Positions 12,779 through 24,844 of a DNA stretch of 64,000 nt are shown piece by piece. The position numbers and the translations under genes are program-made. The stretch spans positions 10,376,206 through 10,440,205 of the forward strand of contig NC_057719.1 of assembly GCF_004010195.1 (NCBI RefSeq), in the 5' to 3' direction. The stretch comes from Chiloscyllium plagiosum (Eukaryota). A model generated the notes under the pieces. It ran no database searches. It was not told where the DNA came from and worked only from the letters and a program-made list of their open reading frames with translations. Every line of letters begins with the position of its first letter. The first letter of the stretch is position 1.

Positions 12779-13515
12779 AATGGCAGAACAGTTCAAGAGT
12801 CTGAATAGTTCACTCCACTCTTATGTTGCTGTGTTCCTAACAGACAATGTTTTAAATGTCACTAATATCTGCCAGAGGGCAAGGGCTTTGCTAAGAAATC
12901 CATTGTTTCTTGCGTTAATATATTTGCTACTTGTCAGGTGTTTGACCATAGCCTGTCTATGACATCTAATTAATTCAGAATGTTAAATATTGAGTACATC
13001 ATATATGTAATAGATTGCTTGAGTGTTCCAACTCTGCATAATAATGTTTAGCTTGCTTTTTTGTTTGTTCATTCAAAACTGGAATCTTCTGGTTTTATTC
13101 TCTTAGTAACTACGAGGGCTCCTCAACCTTGTCTACTTTACAGGCGACAGCTACAGAGCCATAACTAGATCAGAACCAAGGAGGAAATATGGAGGACTGT
13201 CGGTTGCTAAGGAGAGTCCAAGGGTTCATGGGTGGAGGCATGGGTTGGCATTGATGGGGCATGGGCACAATGTGGGAAGTGGGAGCTGGAGGATTGATTT
13301 TTTTTAAAATTCCATATATTTGACTAATGTTTGGAGCACTGGAGACCTATCTATCACTCAGGAAACTCCCATACCAAACAGCCTCCTCGCTGTTTGTGGG
13401 TCACCTACCACAATTCTTAGACTCACAGTGACCCTGGAATGAAGGGTCAAACCTGTGCAACATATTTTCCTCTCTCCCAATTCTGCACGGAGTGAAAATC
13501 CAGGCATTAGCATTT

Positions 13516-13918
13516 GCTACAGCTCAGTGGGTACAACTCTCAACTTTAAATCAACACCACTCTGGGTTCAATTCCCACTCCTGGAGCACAGAAATCCACA
13601 CTGCTACTCCCAGTGCCTTACTGAGGGAATGCTGCAGCATTACTGATGTTGTCTTTCGACTAAGACTTCCAAGCCCCATCGATCTACTTTAACAGATAAA
13701 AAGATCCCATCACATGATATCATAGAAGTGTAAAAAAGTTATCAAAGGTGGCTTAGCCAATATGTTTGCCTGAAAATTCATTGACAAAACACATCTGGTC
13801 ATTATCTCCTTCTGTGGTCTTTCCATCCATAAAGTGCCTGCTCACATTTCCTACATTCAACTGCACCTAATTGTCTAATGTGAGGATGAGCAAGAAGGTG
13901 CTATACTAATGCAAGTTG
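13516..13918 (+). mobile_element. Old Deu-domain SINE (SacSINE1/AmnSINE1-like)
   Basis: tRNA head with GGGTTCAATTCC, then AAAAGATCCCAT...GCCAATAT...ATCTGGTCATTATC...TTTCCTACATT...GCTATA..AATGCAAGT, matching the DeuSINE layout. Confidence 0.65.
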
Positions 13919-14574
13919 ATCATTCTCTCTTCTCCCAAACATTTACAAAGCCCTTCAATTTTATTTCCTCAAAAACCAACCCAGAAAACATGCTGGCAAA
14001 TGGGCATGAAATCTCGTACAAAATTAAGTGACTCGACCCAATGAAACTTGTAATGTATCTGTGCACATGGTTTGTGGCTATTGCTGCTCAGTGATTGAGT
14101 TCATTCATCTTCCAGTTTATACAGGCAGCATCAAATTACCGTAAATGTCAAATCTCAGAAGTAGAATCGTACAAAAGAAATCAAAGTTCGATGATGGAAA
14201 GATTTAGTTTGTCTGGAAATTATTTGTTGTCGCTTCTGAAAGCATTGCTGACACAATGAACAATTCTAATTTAACTCTGCTGAATCTTGTTTTATTTTAG
14301 GTGTAAGTTTCAAATCTGACTCATTTGGAATATTGCTGACTGCTCAGGTTCAAGTCTGCGTTGAGGCGGCTTGTAATTTTTTTAAAAAATAACTGCTTCC
14401 AAAAGAAGCTATTAATATTAGAAGAGCTTAAATCAAATTCAAAAAGAAGAACACTGAAGTTGATGAATCAGGGATGGCTTTGCACCCAAATTGTGAACTT
14501 TCTCTTTAAGATGCTGATTTTGCTATCCCAGATTAAAATCTCTGAGCATTGAGCACTATCATCAAAAACAGCAT

Positions 14575-15445
14575 GAGAAGAAATTGGAACAGGAGTTACG
14601 GCCCTTGAGCCTGCGCCACCATTCAAGGTTATGGCTGATCTGATGTTCCTCATGTCTACTGTCCCCGCGTTTCCCCATAATCCTTGATTCTTCTACTGAT
14701 CAAGAATGTACTTCTCTCAGCCTTAAGTACATACTTGGACTCTGTCCCCCCAGCTCTTTGTGACAAGGAGTTCCAAAGACTCACAACCCTCTGAGAAAAG
14801 AAAGTCCTCCTCATCTTACTCTTAAACCGGAGCCTGTTTATTCTGAGATTATTTCGTCTGGCCCTGGACTCTCCCCGGGAGTGGGAGGGGTTACATCCTC
14901 TCAGCATTTACCCTGCCAAGCCCCTTAAGGATCCTTGATGTTTCAATGAGATCACCTCTTTCATTTTTCTAAATCCCAAAAAGTCGAGTCCCAGTCTGTT
15001 TAACCACAGGGTGGCACAGTGGTTAGCACTGCTGCCTCACAGTACCAGGGTCCCAGGTTCGATTCCAGCCTCAGGTGACTGTCTGTGTGGAGTTTGAGCA
15101 TTCTCCCCGTGTCTGAGTGGGTTTCCTCCGGTTTCCTCCCACAGTTCAAAGATGTGCAGGTCAGGTGAATTGGCCACGCTAAATTCCCCATGGTGCTAGG
15201 GAATTCAGAGGGAAATGGGTCTGGATGCGTTACTCTTCAGAGGGTCGGTGTGGACTGGTTGGGCCGAAGGGCCTGTTTCCACGCTGTCAGGAATCTAGTC
15301 AAACCTTTGCTTGTAAGACAATCCTCAATAACTAGAATCATCCTTGTCCAACTGCCTCCAATGAAATAATATATTTCTATAAATAAGGAGAGCAAAACTG
15401 CTCACAGTATTTCATATGTGGTCTCACTAACACCTTGCAACAGGC
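14575..15445 (-). mobile_element. CR1-type LINE 3' fragment interrupted by a SINE
   Basis: Minus translations LVRPHMKYCEQFCSPYL and MRRTFFSQRVVSLWNSLSQRA. Confidence 0.8.
15009..15300 (+). mobile_element. HE1-type V-SINE
   Basis: Same head, body and tail as 1387-1724. Confidence 0.9.
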
Positions 15446-15895
15446 AAGACGAGAATGTTTTTCACACTTAGTATTATTCAAAGGTGTTGAGCCCAAATCT
15501 TGGGTGCCAAGTAGTAGAGAATTTAAACATATCAGGAAAGCCCACACAAGTAAATTAATTATTTTCAAGTATAAGCGAATCATGATTTATCTTTTCCTAC
15601 TTGAAATTACAAATACACCATCAACACTGGAATCTGAAGTCCAGTGGAGTTTTACTCATTCTTTGGAGCACAGCAATTTGTGCGTTATTGTCACAGTTTG
15701 TACACAATTTCTTGCGAAAATCTTTTTTTTTACTTATCGAATTGGACTTAACAGCCACCCACAATTCATTTGTGATCAGAATTAATATATGATGTTGCAC
15801 TGCAATGTAATAATTACAAGGAAATTGCAGTCAACCTTTTTATAAGGTCTGCAAAATATTTTGCAGCTGCTTTAACATGAGTAATAATCAGAGGA

Positions 15896-16327
15896 AGAAC
15901 TTGCATTTATCTAAACCTCTTTTGTGTCCTCAGGATGTCTGAAATGTCTTCACAGGCTATTAATTACAGTTTGAAATGTATTAACTGAGGCCAAATAGGC
16001 AAACATAGCAGCAAATTTGTATGAAGCAAGGCTCCACAAATAGCAACAAGATAAATAACTATTTAACCTAGTTTTGTTTGCATTTGACCGAGGAAATATA
16101 TCGTGACCAGGTTATCAGGAGAAATCTCCTGTGCTTCTTCAATTAGTACAAAAGGATCATCTGCAAACACCTGAATAGGTTGATAGTACTTAGGCTTATG
16201 ATGGTAAGATTGTATCACCAACAGTGCAGTATTTCTTCAGCACTGCATTTAAATAATGTTCTTAGTTCCTGTAGCAGGGAATGAATCTAGAAGTTTCTGT
16301 CTGAGAAGACACCATTGAGTTGAGCCA
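15896..16327 (-). mobile_element. Old Deu-domain SINE
   Basis: Reverse-complement homologue of 13516-13918 (ACTTGCATTTAT at the 3' end, tRNA head at the right). Confidence 0.6.
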
Positions 16328-16386
16328 ATGTTTAATAAGAACAAAGGTTTAGTTTAGCCCACTTTCTTCCATAATCTAAAGATTCT

Positions 16387-16710
16387 GGGTGGCACGGTGG
16401 CTCAGTGGTTAGCACTGCTGCCTCACAGCACCTGGAACCTGGGTTCGATTCCACTCTTGGGCAACTATCTGTGTGGAGTTTGCATGCTCTCCCTGTGTCT
16501 GTGTGGTGTGCTCTGGTTTTCTCCCACAGTCCAACGATGTGCAGGTCAGGGGCACATAGTGTCCATGCATGTGCAGGCTATACATGTTAGCCATGGGAAA
16601 TGCAGGTTCACTGGGATAGGATAATGGTGGTGGGTCTGGGTGAGATGCTCTTCAGAGGACCAGTGTGGCCCCGATGTGCCGAATGGTCAACTTCTACACT
16701 TTAGGGATGC
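16387..16710 (+). mobile_element. HE1-type V-SINE (diverged)
   Basis: GGGTGGCACGGTGGCTCAGTGGTTAGCACTGCTGCCTCACAGC head and V-domain. Confidence 0.85.
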
Positions 16711-17412
16711 AACAGCAATGATCAATCTCAAGGAAAAACATAGGAAATTTGAGCAAACAGGGAGAACTTTCTCTCACTCGTAAAAAGGATGAAGAAGAGA
16801 GGCACAGATTTAAAGAGCAATTTGCAAAAGAAGTAAACATAATGTGAGGAAAAACATCTTCGCACAGTGAGTGGTTCAGGTCTGGAGTAGACAGCCTGGA
16901 AGTGTGTTGGAAGCAGGTCCAATGGAAGCATTGGAAAGGACATGGGTGATTATTTAATCAGAAAAATGTGCACAAATACAGGGAATGGATGGGAGATGGG
17001 CACCAAGTCATGATGCTCATTCAGGGAATCGGTACAGACACAATGGATCAAATGACCCTCTTCTGTATTGCACCGAGGTCCCAATCTCCATAATGCTGCT
17101 CACCATGTGATTTAATTAGAAATTATGTCAAGCAAACAAAATACCTTGTTACTGCTTTGAACATTTTTGGCATGAAGTAAAGGTCAACACTTTAGCTAAA
17201 TACACTGTTAGACTGACTGCAACAAAATTGAAGGGTTCATTAGCCAAAGGTAAGTAAAGGTTCAACAAGTCCAGACATTTAAAATGTTTTGACTTGAACA
17301 AAGGAAAATGCCAACCTGACCATTGAGACCACCCACTCTCTTGGTCAAACCATTATGTTCAGATGTCCAACACCCACGAGCAGTCACAGAATTTCCTTAG
17401 AGAAGCAAAATA

Positions 17413-18001
17413 CAGTGATGCCTCAGAATCCGACTTTATTCATTCCAGGAGGCTGTTCGGATTGTGAAAAGTTCGGTTTCCGAAACTATTTTCTCCATAA
17501 GAAATAACGGAAAGTGAATTAATCCGTTTCTGGACTCCCAAAAAGAACATTTTCAAGACACTTTCAACTGCAAATACACATGGTTAAAGTAAAATAAGAT
17601 GAGTAAATGACCTAAATATCAAGTAATAATAATAAAAGCAAGAAATAAATGTACTAGCATGAAAATAACTTCATTTACCTTAGTGAGGGGTGCTAATGGT
17701 GAACGCACTTATTTGCTTCCCTGCTCTTCTTGGGTGCCATGGTGAATGCACAAGGGTGATAATTAAAAAAAACCAGCACAAATCAAGGTGAAACATGAGG
17801 TAAACTAGTGACGGTCATACGAGAGATGATTTCACGACTACTTCCCGGGACAAACTGAACAAACAATGTTCGACCTGAACGGTACGTGGTGTTTGGATTC
17901 TGAAAATGTGTTCGGATTTTAGGGCAAAATTTTCTCGAAATAATTGTTCGGATTCCAATTTGTTCGAACATTAGGGCATTCGAATTCCGGGCTCACCACT
18001 A
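17413..18001. mobile_element. Non-autonomous Tc1/mariner-pogo-like DNA transposon
   Basis: TA|CAGTGATGCCTCAGAATCCGA ... TCGAATTCCGGGCTCACCACTA|TA: imperfect TIRs flanked by TA, with repeated GTTCGGATT subterminal motifs. Confidence 0.6.
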
Positions 18002-18256
18002 TATTACAAACAAAAACAACAACACAATACGAAGATGAAAAGTGTCTGGAAAATTTCTCTCTGGCTACTCTTCTGAGGTAATCATAGAAATAATGCAGCC
18101 TGAGCCTTTTGTGTGTGTGATTGCATATAGCCTTCTTAACCATGATACTTCGATTGAAATGTGGGCAGGCCAGCGTTTGTTGCCCATCCCAAAAGGCACT
18201 TAACTGAGTCACGTACTAGGGCCATTTCAGAATCAACCCCATTGCTGTGGGGGTCT

Positions 18257-18355
18257 GATTCCTGATGAAGGGCTTATGCCTGAAATGTTGACTCTCCTGC
18301 TTCTCGGATGCTGCCTGACCTGCTGTGCTTTTCCAGCACCACTCTAATCTAAACT
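18257..18355 (+). mobile_element. Single-arm PLE terminal-repeat remnant with degenerate hammerhead motif
   Basis: CTGATGAAGGGCTTATGCCTGAAATGTTGA followed by the same sequence as 66-130. Confidence 0.75.
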
Positions 18356-18737
18356 CAGGGAATGACCATCTCCAGTAAGAGAGAATCCAACTACTGGCCC
18401 ATAATGTTCAATTGTTTCATCATCGCTGAAACCCCCACTATCATTGGGAGTGCTTTTGACCAGAAACTGAACCCAACCGGCAATATAAATACTGTGGCTA
18501 CAAGAGTAGGTCAGTGGCTGGGATATCTGCATGAGGAACTCACTTCTTGTCTCTTCATCTACAAGACAAAAATCAGGAGGGTGATGGAATATTCCTCACT
18601 TGCCTGGATGAGGGCAGCTCCATCAACACACAGGAAGCTTGACAGTATCCAAGGCAAAAGCAACCCACTTGATTGGCAGCTCATTCACCATCTTCAATAC
18701 TCACTCCTTTCATCACTGAATCACAGTGACAGCACTG

Positions 18738-19378
18738 TGTCATGGACCAGACCAAACCCCACTCAAAATATATTAAGAAGATAGCCTAGACCTTAACTTT
18801 TTTCATATTTTAAAGGCAAGTGCTAGATGTTGTGTTGCAGATGCAATTCGATTGGTCAAACTACCAGATTTGAAGCAAACATTCTTCATTCATACGCCAC
18901 AGTTAAAATACAAAATGGAAGTGGAATAACTTAACTCTATTTGAAAATTTAACAGAATAACAGATTATTGAATTATTAAACAGTAACTATTCCAATATAG
19001 CAACATCCCATAAACCCAACCTTGGCAAAGGCACATTCAGTAAAACAGATTGTCTCACAGGGAATTCTCTTGCCCAGACTAAAAATAATTGTGTGTGTGT
19101 GTGAGAGAGTGAGAGAGTGAGAGAGTGTGAGAGAGAATAGCAGGGAAAGATGTACTGCAGCTTCCAAACAGCTTCAAGACCTCAGCAATTGCTACAGAAA
19201 AAGTAAAACTAAAAATTCCTGGCTGTATGTGATTTGATCCCACCCATTCAGGCTGCTTCTATTGTTCTACCTTTCAAAGAAAACAAAGCCTCACAAACTC
19301 TTCACTCTGGTGGCTCCAAGTAAACAGCTCTGCATCTATGCCTTAAAACCTCTCTTCAAAAGCTGTAGCATTATCACA
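18738..19378 (-). mobile_element. Solo LTR, same family as 10012-10938
   Basis: TGTCA...TCACA termini, both ends are reverse complements of the 10012-10938 ends, and 4-bp flanks are ACTG/AGTG. It interrupts an older LINE 3' fragment. Confidence 0.7.
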
Positions 19379-19549
19379 AGTGTGTATCACCTACCCAATG
19401 CACTGCAGTAAATCACCAAAGTTCCCTCAGAAACACCTTTCAAATCTGCGACCAGTTACATGGGAAAAGCACCAACTTCAGGCTCCCCTCCAAATCACCC
19501 ACCTTCCAGACTTGGAAATACATTGCTGCTTTTTCATTATCGTGGATTT

Positions 19550-19857
19550 AAGTGGTTAGCACTGCTGCCTCACAGCGCCAGAGACCCGGGTTCAATTCCC
19601 GCCTCAGGCGACTAACTGTGTGGAGTTTGCACGTTCTCCCCGTGTCTGCGTGGGTTTCCTCCGGGTGCTCCGGTTTCCTCCCACCATCCAAAGATGTGCA
19701 GGGTCAGGTGAATTGGCCATACTAAATTGCCTGTAGTGTTAGGTGAGAGGTAAATGTAGGGGTATGGGTGGGTTTCGCTTCGGCGGGTCGGTGTGGACTT
19801 GTTGGGCCGAAGGGCCTGTTTCCACACTGTAATCTAATCTAATCTAATCTAATCTAA
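19550..19857 (+). mobile_element. HE1-type V-SINE, young, with (TAATC)n tail
   Basis: CpG-rich, close to the copies at 40009, 41984 and 54514, with a (TAATC)5 tail. Confidence 0.92.
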
Positions 19858-20151
19858 ACTTCTATGCCTCCATTCCAAGTCACATTATATTCCTTGGAGT
19901 GCAGGGATACAATGTTGCAAAAACAAAAAGCAATTACCTTCTCCAGGATAATTAGGGATAGGTAATAAATGCTGGACCAGCCAGTATGGCCCACATTGAA
20001 CAAATAAAAAGAAAATCAGGGGAATCTTACAAAAGTTGCACTGTGCCATTAGACTGTATGACCACAGGAAACAGGAACAGGAGAAGGCCGTTCAGCCCCT
20101 CGAGCCTGCTCAGCTATTAACAGGATCATGGTTGATCCAACATTCCTCATG

Positions 20152-20298
20152 GGTAAAAACAATGACTGCAGATGCTGGAAACCAGATTCTGGATTAGTGG
20201 TGCTGGAAGAGCACAGCAATTCAGGCAGCATCCGAGGACAGGCCTGTCCTCGGATGCTGCCTGAATTGCTGTGCTCTTCCAGCACCACTAATCCAGAA
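20152..20298. mobile_element. PLE-derived perfect 112-bp palindrome with 15-bp TSD
   Basis: 20187-20298 is self-complementary about 20242/20243. TSD CCAACATTCCTCATG at 20137-20151 and 20299-20313. The host is a CR1 3' fragment (~20050-20510, -). Confidence 0.9.
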
Positions 20299-21814
20299 CC
20301 AACATTCCTCATGTCCACTTTACTGTCCATTCCCCACTGCCCTTGATGCCCTTTCCGACCAAGAATCTCTCTATCTCAGCCTTAAATGTACACAAGGACA
20401 CTTCCCCCACAGCTCTCTGTGGCAAGGAGTTCCAAAGACACTCAACCCTCAGAGAAGAAATTCCTCCTCATCTCAGTCTTAAATTAGTGCCCCTGCATTC
20501 TGAGACTACATTAATTCACGATAGAGACAGAACAGATTTCATCCATTGAACAAGCCAGAAAGAGTTTCAGCTGGGTGTTTTATCTAATGCAGCAATGCTT
20601 AGATTATTTTCCATGTCATGACATTGGATCATAACTCAAATTACTCATGGATATGTAGTTTTTGAGTGTAATTAGATTTTTTATTTTAAATAATGATATT
20701 GAAGCCAGAAGATAGCTAAGAATGCACCTGCAGCGGCTCTCTGTGACAATCCAATTGCACCAAGTGTTCTTCCATGTAAGAGGAACCGTGAAATGGTGCA
20801 CCTGAAGGGTGTCAGGAGAACTTCAGACAACAACCCTTCAAAGTGAGAGGTGCCTTTGTAAAAACTGAGCTGTGATCTCCTGTGGCTTTATATCCAAGAC
20901 GGGATGTGATGAGTTGAAAGAAAGGTATTCCTGGAACAAAGGCATGTTTCTGTTTCACTCTTTCAAAAATAGGAAAAGGAGTAAAGACCAATTGCAATCC
21001 TGGGTCTCTTATGCCAGTGTGATAGAGAGCTGCCATGCTGGAAGGACAGTTTGTGGTTGATGATTCACTGTGCTAATATGTGCTGTGTAGGGGCACAGCA
21101 GAGAACTTCCATTAGATACCTTTGTACACTCAGGTTAAAAGTAGTACAAGTCTCATTCTCTCTCTCAGACTGCTGAAAATAAGTCAGGTTAATAATGTCA
21201 CTGCTGTAGACAATCCTTTCAGCTAGCTGCAAAACCAAGAATTCTGAAACAACCACTTAACTGCCAAAATGCAGTACCACAAGAATGGTCCTCCTTAATG
21301 GCCATGATGTTTCACAATCAGACAAGCCAAAGGCTACACGGTTATGTACTTTGGAGTATGTATGTCAGTGCGTGTGTGTCTGTGTGTGTGTATTAATTTA
21401 ATTCTTTTTGTTATCTCGAGAAATCCTGGCGACACTGGATTGACCGAGTGTGCCCATGAGGGAAGGATTGTTTTTTAAACTTCAGCTTGTTGTGAGCGGC
21501 CGAGGGAGGAGCTGTGTAAAGAGGAGAAGGTATTTGTCTCCCCCCAGCCAGGACCAGGACCATTTGGGAGTATCTCATCCAGAACCATGAGGAATTGAGT
21601 TCCCTCAGCCAGGAACTAGCCGTAACAGCCAGAAACTGCAAGTGGATACACTATATTATTAAATAATCTGAGAGTAATTTGTTACAACTAAGTATTATAT
21701 ATAATCATTTCAAACTTCAGACAAATAGTATGTGGATTCATATTAAGCTATCAGTCTGCACCACGGGTGCAAATATCAAGCAGAGCGCCATGCTTCTTGA
21801 GATTCCAGGTAAGA

Positions 21815-22336
21815 TGAGCAGTTGCTGTTGTAGTCTGGTATACTGATCTCGACATTGCAGAGGCTGAGCATCAACTCTCAGATACCTCCTCCTATCTTCC
21901 CCTGGATCATATCTCCAACATGGCACATCAGGCCACTGTATGAACTACAATCACTGACCTCATTTCTCCCCCACTGCCTCCAAGCTGACAGTCTCCCAAC
22001 CCCACTCCTACCTCCTTCTGAAAATCCACAAACAGGACTGCCTGGGTAGACCCATTGTTTCAGTCTGTTCCTGCTCCACAGAACTCATCTCTGCCTGCCT
22101 TGACTCCGTCTTCTCTCCCCTGGCCCAGTCCCTGCCCACGTACATTCACAATTCCTCTGATGTTTCTGTATATAAACCAACATATTCCTAGATGCCATCA
22201 GTTCTGAGGAAGGGTCTCAGCACCCAAAATATTAACATTGACTTCTCTTCACAGATGCTGCCAGACCTGCTGAGCTTTTCCAACAACTTCAATTTTTTTT
22301 CTGATTTCAAGCGTCCGCAGTTCTTTCGGTTTTTGT
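21815..22336 (+). mobile_element. Degenerate PLE reverse-transcriptase N-terminal fragment followed by a terminal-repeat remnant
   Basis: Translations AVVVWYTDLDIAEAEHQLSDTSSYLPLDH and PIVSVCSCSTELISACLDSVFSPLAQSLPTYI match PLE RT. GTTCTGAGGAAGGGT...CACCCAAAATATTAAC at ~22201 is a decayed hammerhead motif. Confidence 0.75.
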
Positions 22337-22596
22337 TTAAGGTGGAGCATGAGGTTTTTATATCCTCTGGTCATATGATACGACAGTAATGATATTATAA
22401 CCATGGCCCTTAGACATATAGTGATGATGAGACATACCACAATTACATTAGGCTTCAGCTGTTTGATTTTTAATAGTGTGATAAATTACTGTCAAACAAT
22501 CTTTATTTCTGAAAATTTACTTAAATAAGGTTCTCATTCATTTAGGTTTTAATTTTTGTTGGAAATATGAAGTTGTGTTTATCACATCTTCTGTTG

Positions 22597-22848
22597 TGGG
22601 TGGCATGGTGGCACAATGGTTAGCCGGAGACCTGGATTCATTTGCACATTCTCCCAGTGTCTGCAAGGGTTTCCTCCCACAATCCAAAAATGTGCAGGTT
22701 AGGTGAATTGGCCATGCTAAATTGCCCGTAGTGTTAGGTGCAGGGGTAAATGTAGGGGAATGGGTCTGGGTGGGTGTGCTTCGGTGGGTTGGTGTGGACT
22801 GGTTGAGCCGAAGGGCCTGTTTCTACATTAAGTAATCATCTAATCTAA
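22597..22848 (+). mobile_element. HE1-type V-SINE with internal deletions
   Basis: Head, partial V-domain and TAATC tail. Confidence 0.85.
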
Positions 22849-24049
22849 GCTAATCTCTTTCAATCGCATCACTCTCCCCCATCTATTAAACTATTCAAAC
22901 AGTATCTTACTGCGAATTAGGTATTTTGGCACTTTCTGTTTAGAGTCAGCAAGTATCAGGACCATTTTTTCAACTGCGCTGGTTAAGGACTTACATACTG
23001 TTTTGTGTAGGTCTCAGATTTGTTGTGTCAGTGTTTTGGATTTCCAATTTCCGAAATCACAGAGCACAAGCCTATTAACAAGGTACATTGAATGAAGGTT
23101 TCTTTGCCACTGACCACAAAATCTAGTCCTGTGTCTTTTGCCATTTTACAATAAACAATTACACAGTTTAGTGAAAATGCAACATCGTATAAACACATAT
23201 TGAGTTTCCATTACTGAAATGGTTTATAATAAACTGCTTATATCAGAGAAGTATCAATGACTTCTGTCCTGCCGATGAGATCGGCTTGAATGATAAAATA
23301 TGTATTATTCATTGGTCGATTCCATTTACTCCTATTGGACATATCATTGACTAATGTGAAAATAACTACATCGGCATATCGAGTAATTTCCTGATCGCTG
23401 AGATTGCAAATAATATTACCAGATGCTAACTGCCCGGAGTTTGGAAATAATTTTTACAGCTTCCTTTCAGCGCCCAAAAAAACGTCGATCATGAAAAGCC
23501 AATTTCAAATTACACAGTAGCATCTGTTTTGTGCCAGCAACATGCACAAGTCATCAGATATTTACAAAACAACTGTATAACCTTTCCCATTGCCTCTCTC
23601 AAAGGAGTTTGTGGTAAATGCAGAATCTGTTCAACAAGTATTTGATGAAGTAAGCGGATATTCCTCACTCCAAACTCTGACCTTGGCACATTAGGTCATG
23701 AGATAATCAAAAATAATTCAATAAAGTGGTCACCTAAGAAACAGAAGCCGGAAAAGTATAAACAGTACAATTTTTTGTTTCATTCAACGTGATGTTAGCG
23801 TTTTGTTGCCCATCCTAGATGGTAGCTAACAGCCACGACATTGCTGTGGGTCCAGAGTCACGCGTAGGCCAGATCAGGTAAGGACGGTGGTTTATTTCCC
23901 TAAAGGACACCAGACAGCCAGATGGGTTTTTCCGACGATCGACAATGGATTCATGGTCTTCAGTAGACTCTTAACTCCAGATTTCTATCGAATTTGAATT
24001 CTATCATGTGCCATGGCAGAATTCAAACCCAGCTTCCCAGGGCATTAAC

Positions 24050-24283
24050 AGATAAAAATAAAAATTGCTGGAAAAGCTCAGCAGGTCCAGCAGCATCTGC
24101 AGAGAGAAATCAGAGTTAACATTTCAGGTTGAGTGACCCTTCCTCAGAACATTCTGAGGAAGAGTCGCTGGACCCGAAACATTAGCTTCGATTTCTGTCC
24201 ACAGATGCTGCCAGACCTGCTGAGTATTTCTAGCAATTTCTATTTTTGTCTCTGATTTACAGTATCTGCAGTTCTTTCAGTTT
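24050..24283. mobile_element. Palindromic PLE-derived insertion with two inverted hammerhead motifs, nested in a SINE
   Basis: GTTAACATTTCAGGTTGAGTGACCCTTCCTCAGAA / TTCTGAGGAAGAGTCGCTGGACCCGAAACATTAGC, with ~100-bp inverted arms. Confidence 0.8.
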
Positions 24284-24844
24284 CCTCAGAACATTACCTG
24301 GGTCTCTGGATTACTGTCTAACATTAACAACACTGGGCCATCACCTCCCCCTAACACAAGTGGAAGTGGAGCATACAACCCTTTGAGTGTGTTCTGCCAA
24401 TCATTAAGATCATGGCTGATTTGATTGTGGCCTCAATTCCCTTGTCTTCCCATACCATTTGACTCCCTTGTTAGTCAAGATCTATTTACCCCTGCGAGAA
24501 ATATTCAATCACTCAACCTCTATCACTCTTTGGGAAGTGAATGCTACCGGTTAATGATCAAGTGAGAAAAGACAAATTCTCATTGTCTCCATGTTAAATG
24601 GGAGCCCCCCCCACCCCTTATTTTATCAAGATCTCTGTTCAGCAACACTCCCCAGGACCTTACCATTAAGTATGTTTCAATTTAGTCACCTCTTTTAAAC
24701 TCTGGAGGAAATTGGCAAACTTGCCTTGACTTCCTCAGAAAGGCAATTTGCTCAATTTGCTTATTAGCTTAAGGGTTCGCTGAATTGCTTCCAATGCATT
24801 AATCCATATGGTGACCTTTACTGTACATAGTACATTCAGTGTGA

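Noticed and set aside
20152..20298. Classical MITE or pre-miRNA interpretation of the palindromes
   Set aside because: The arms match PLE terminal repeats located downstream of GIY-YIG coding sequence, the arms are asymmetric, and the 13-16 bp TSDs do not fit the common cut-and-paste superfamilies. There is no evidence for miRNA processing from sequence alone.
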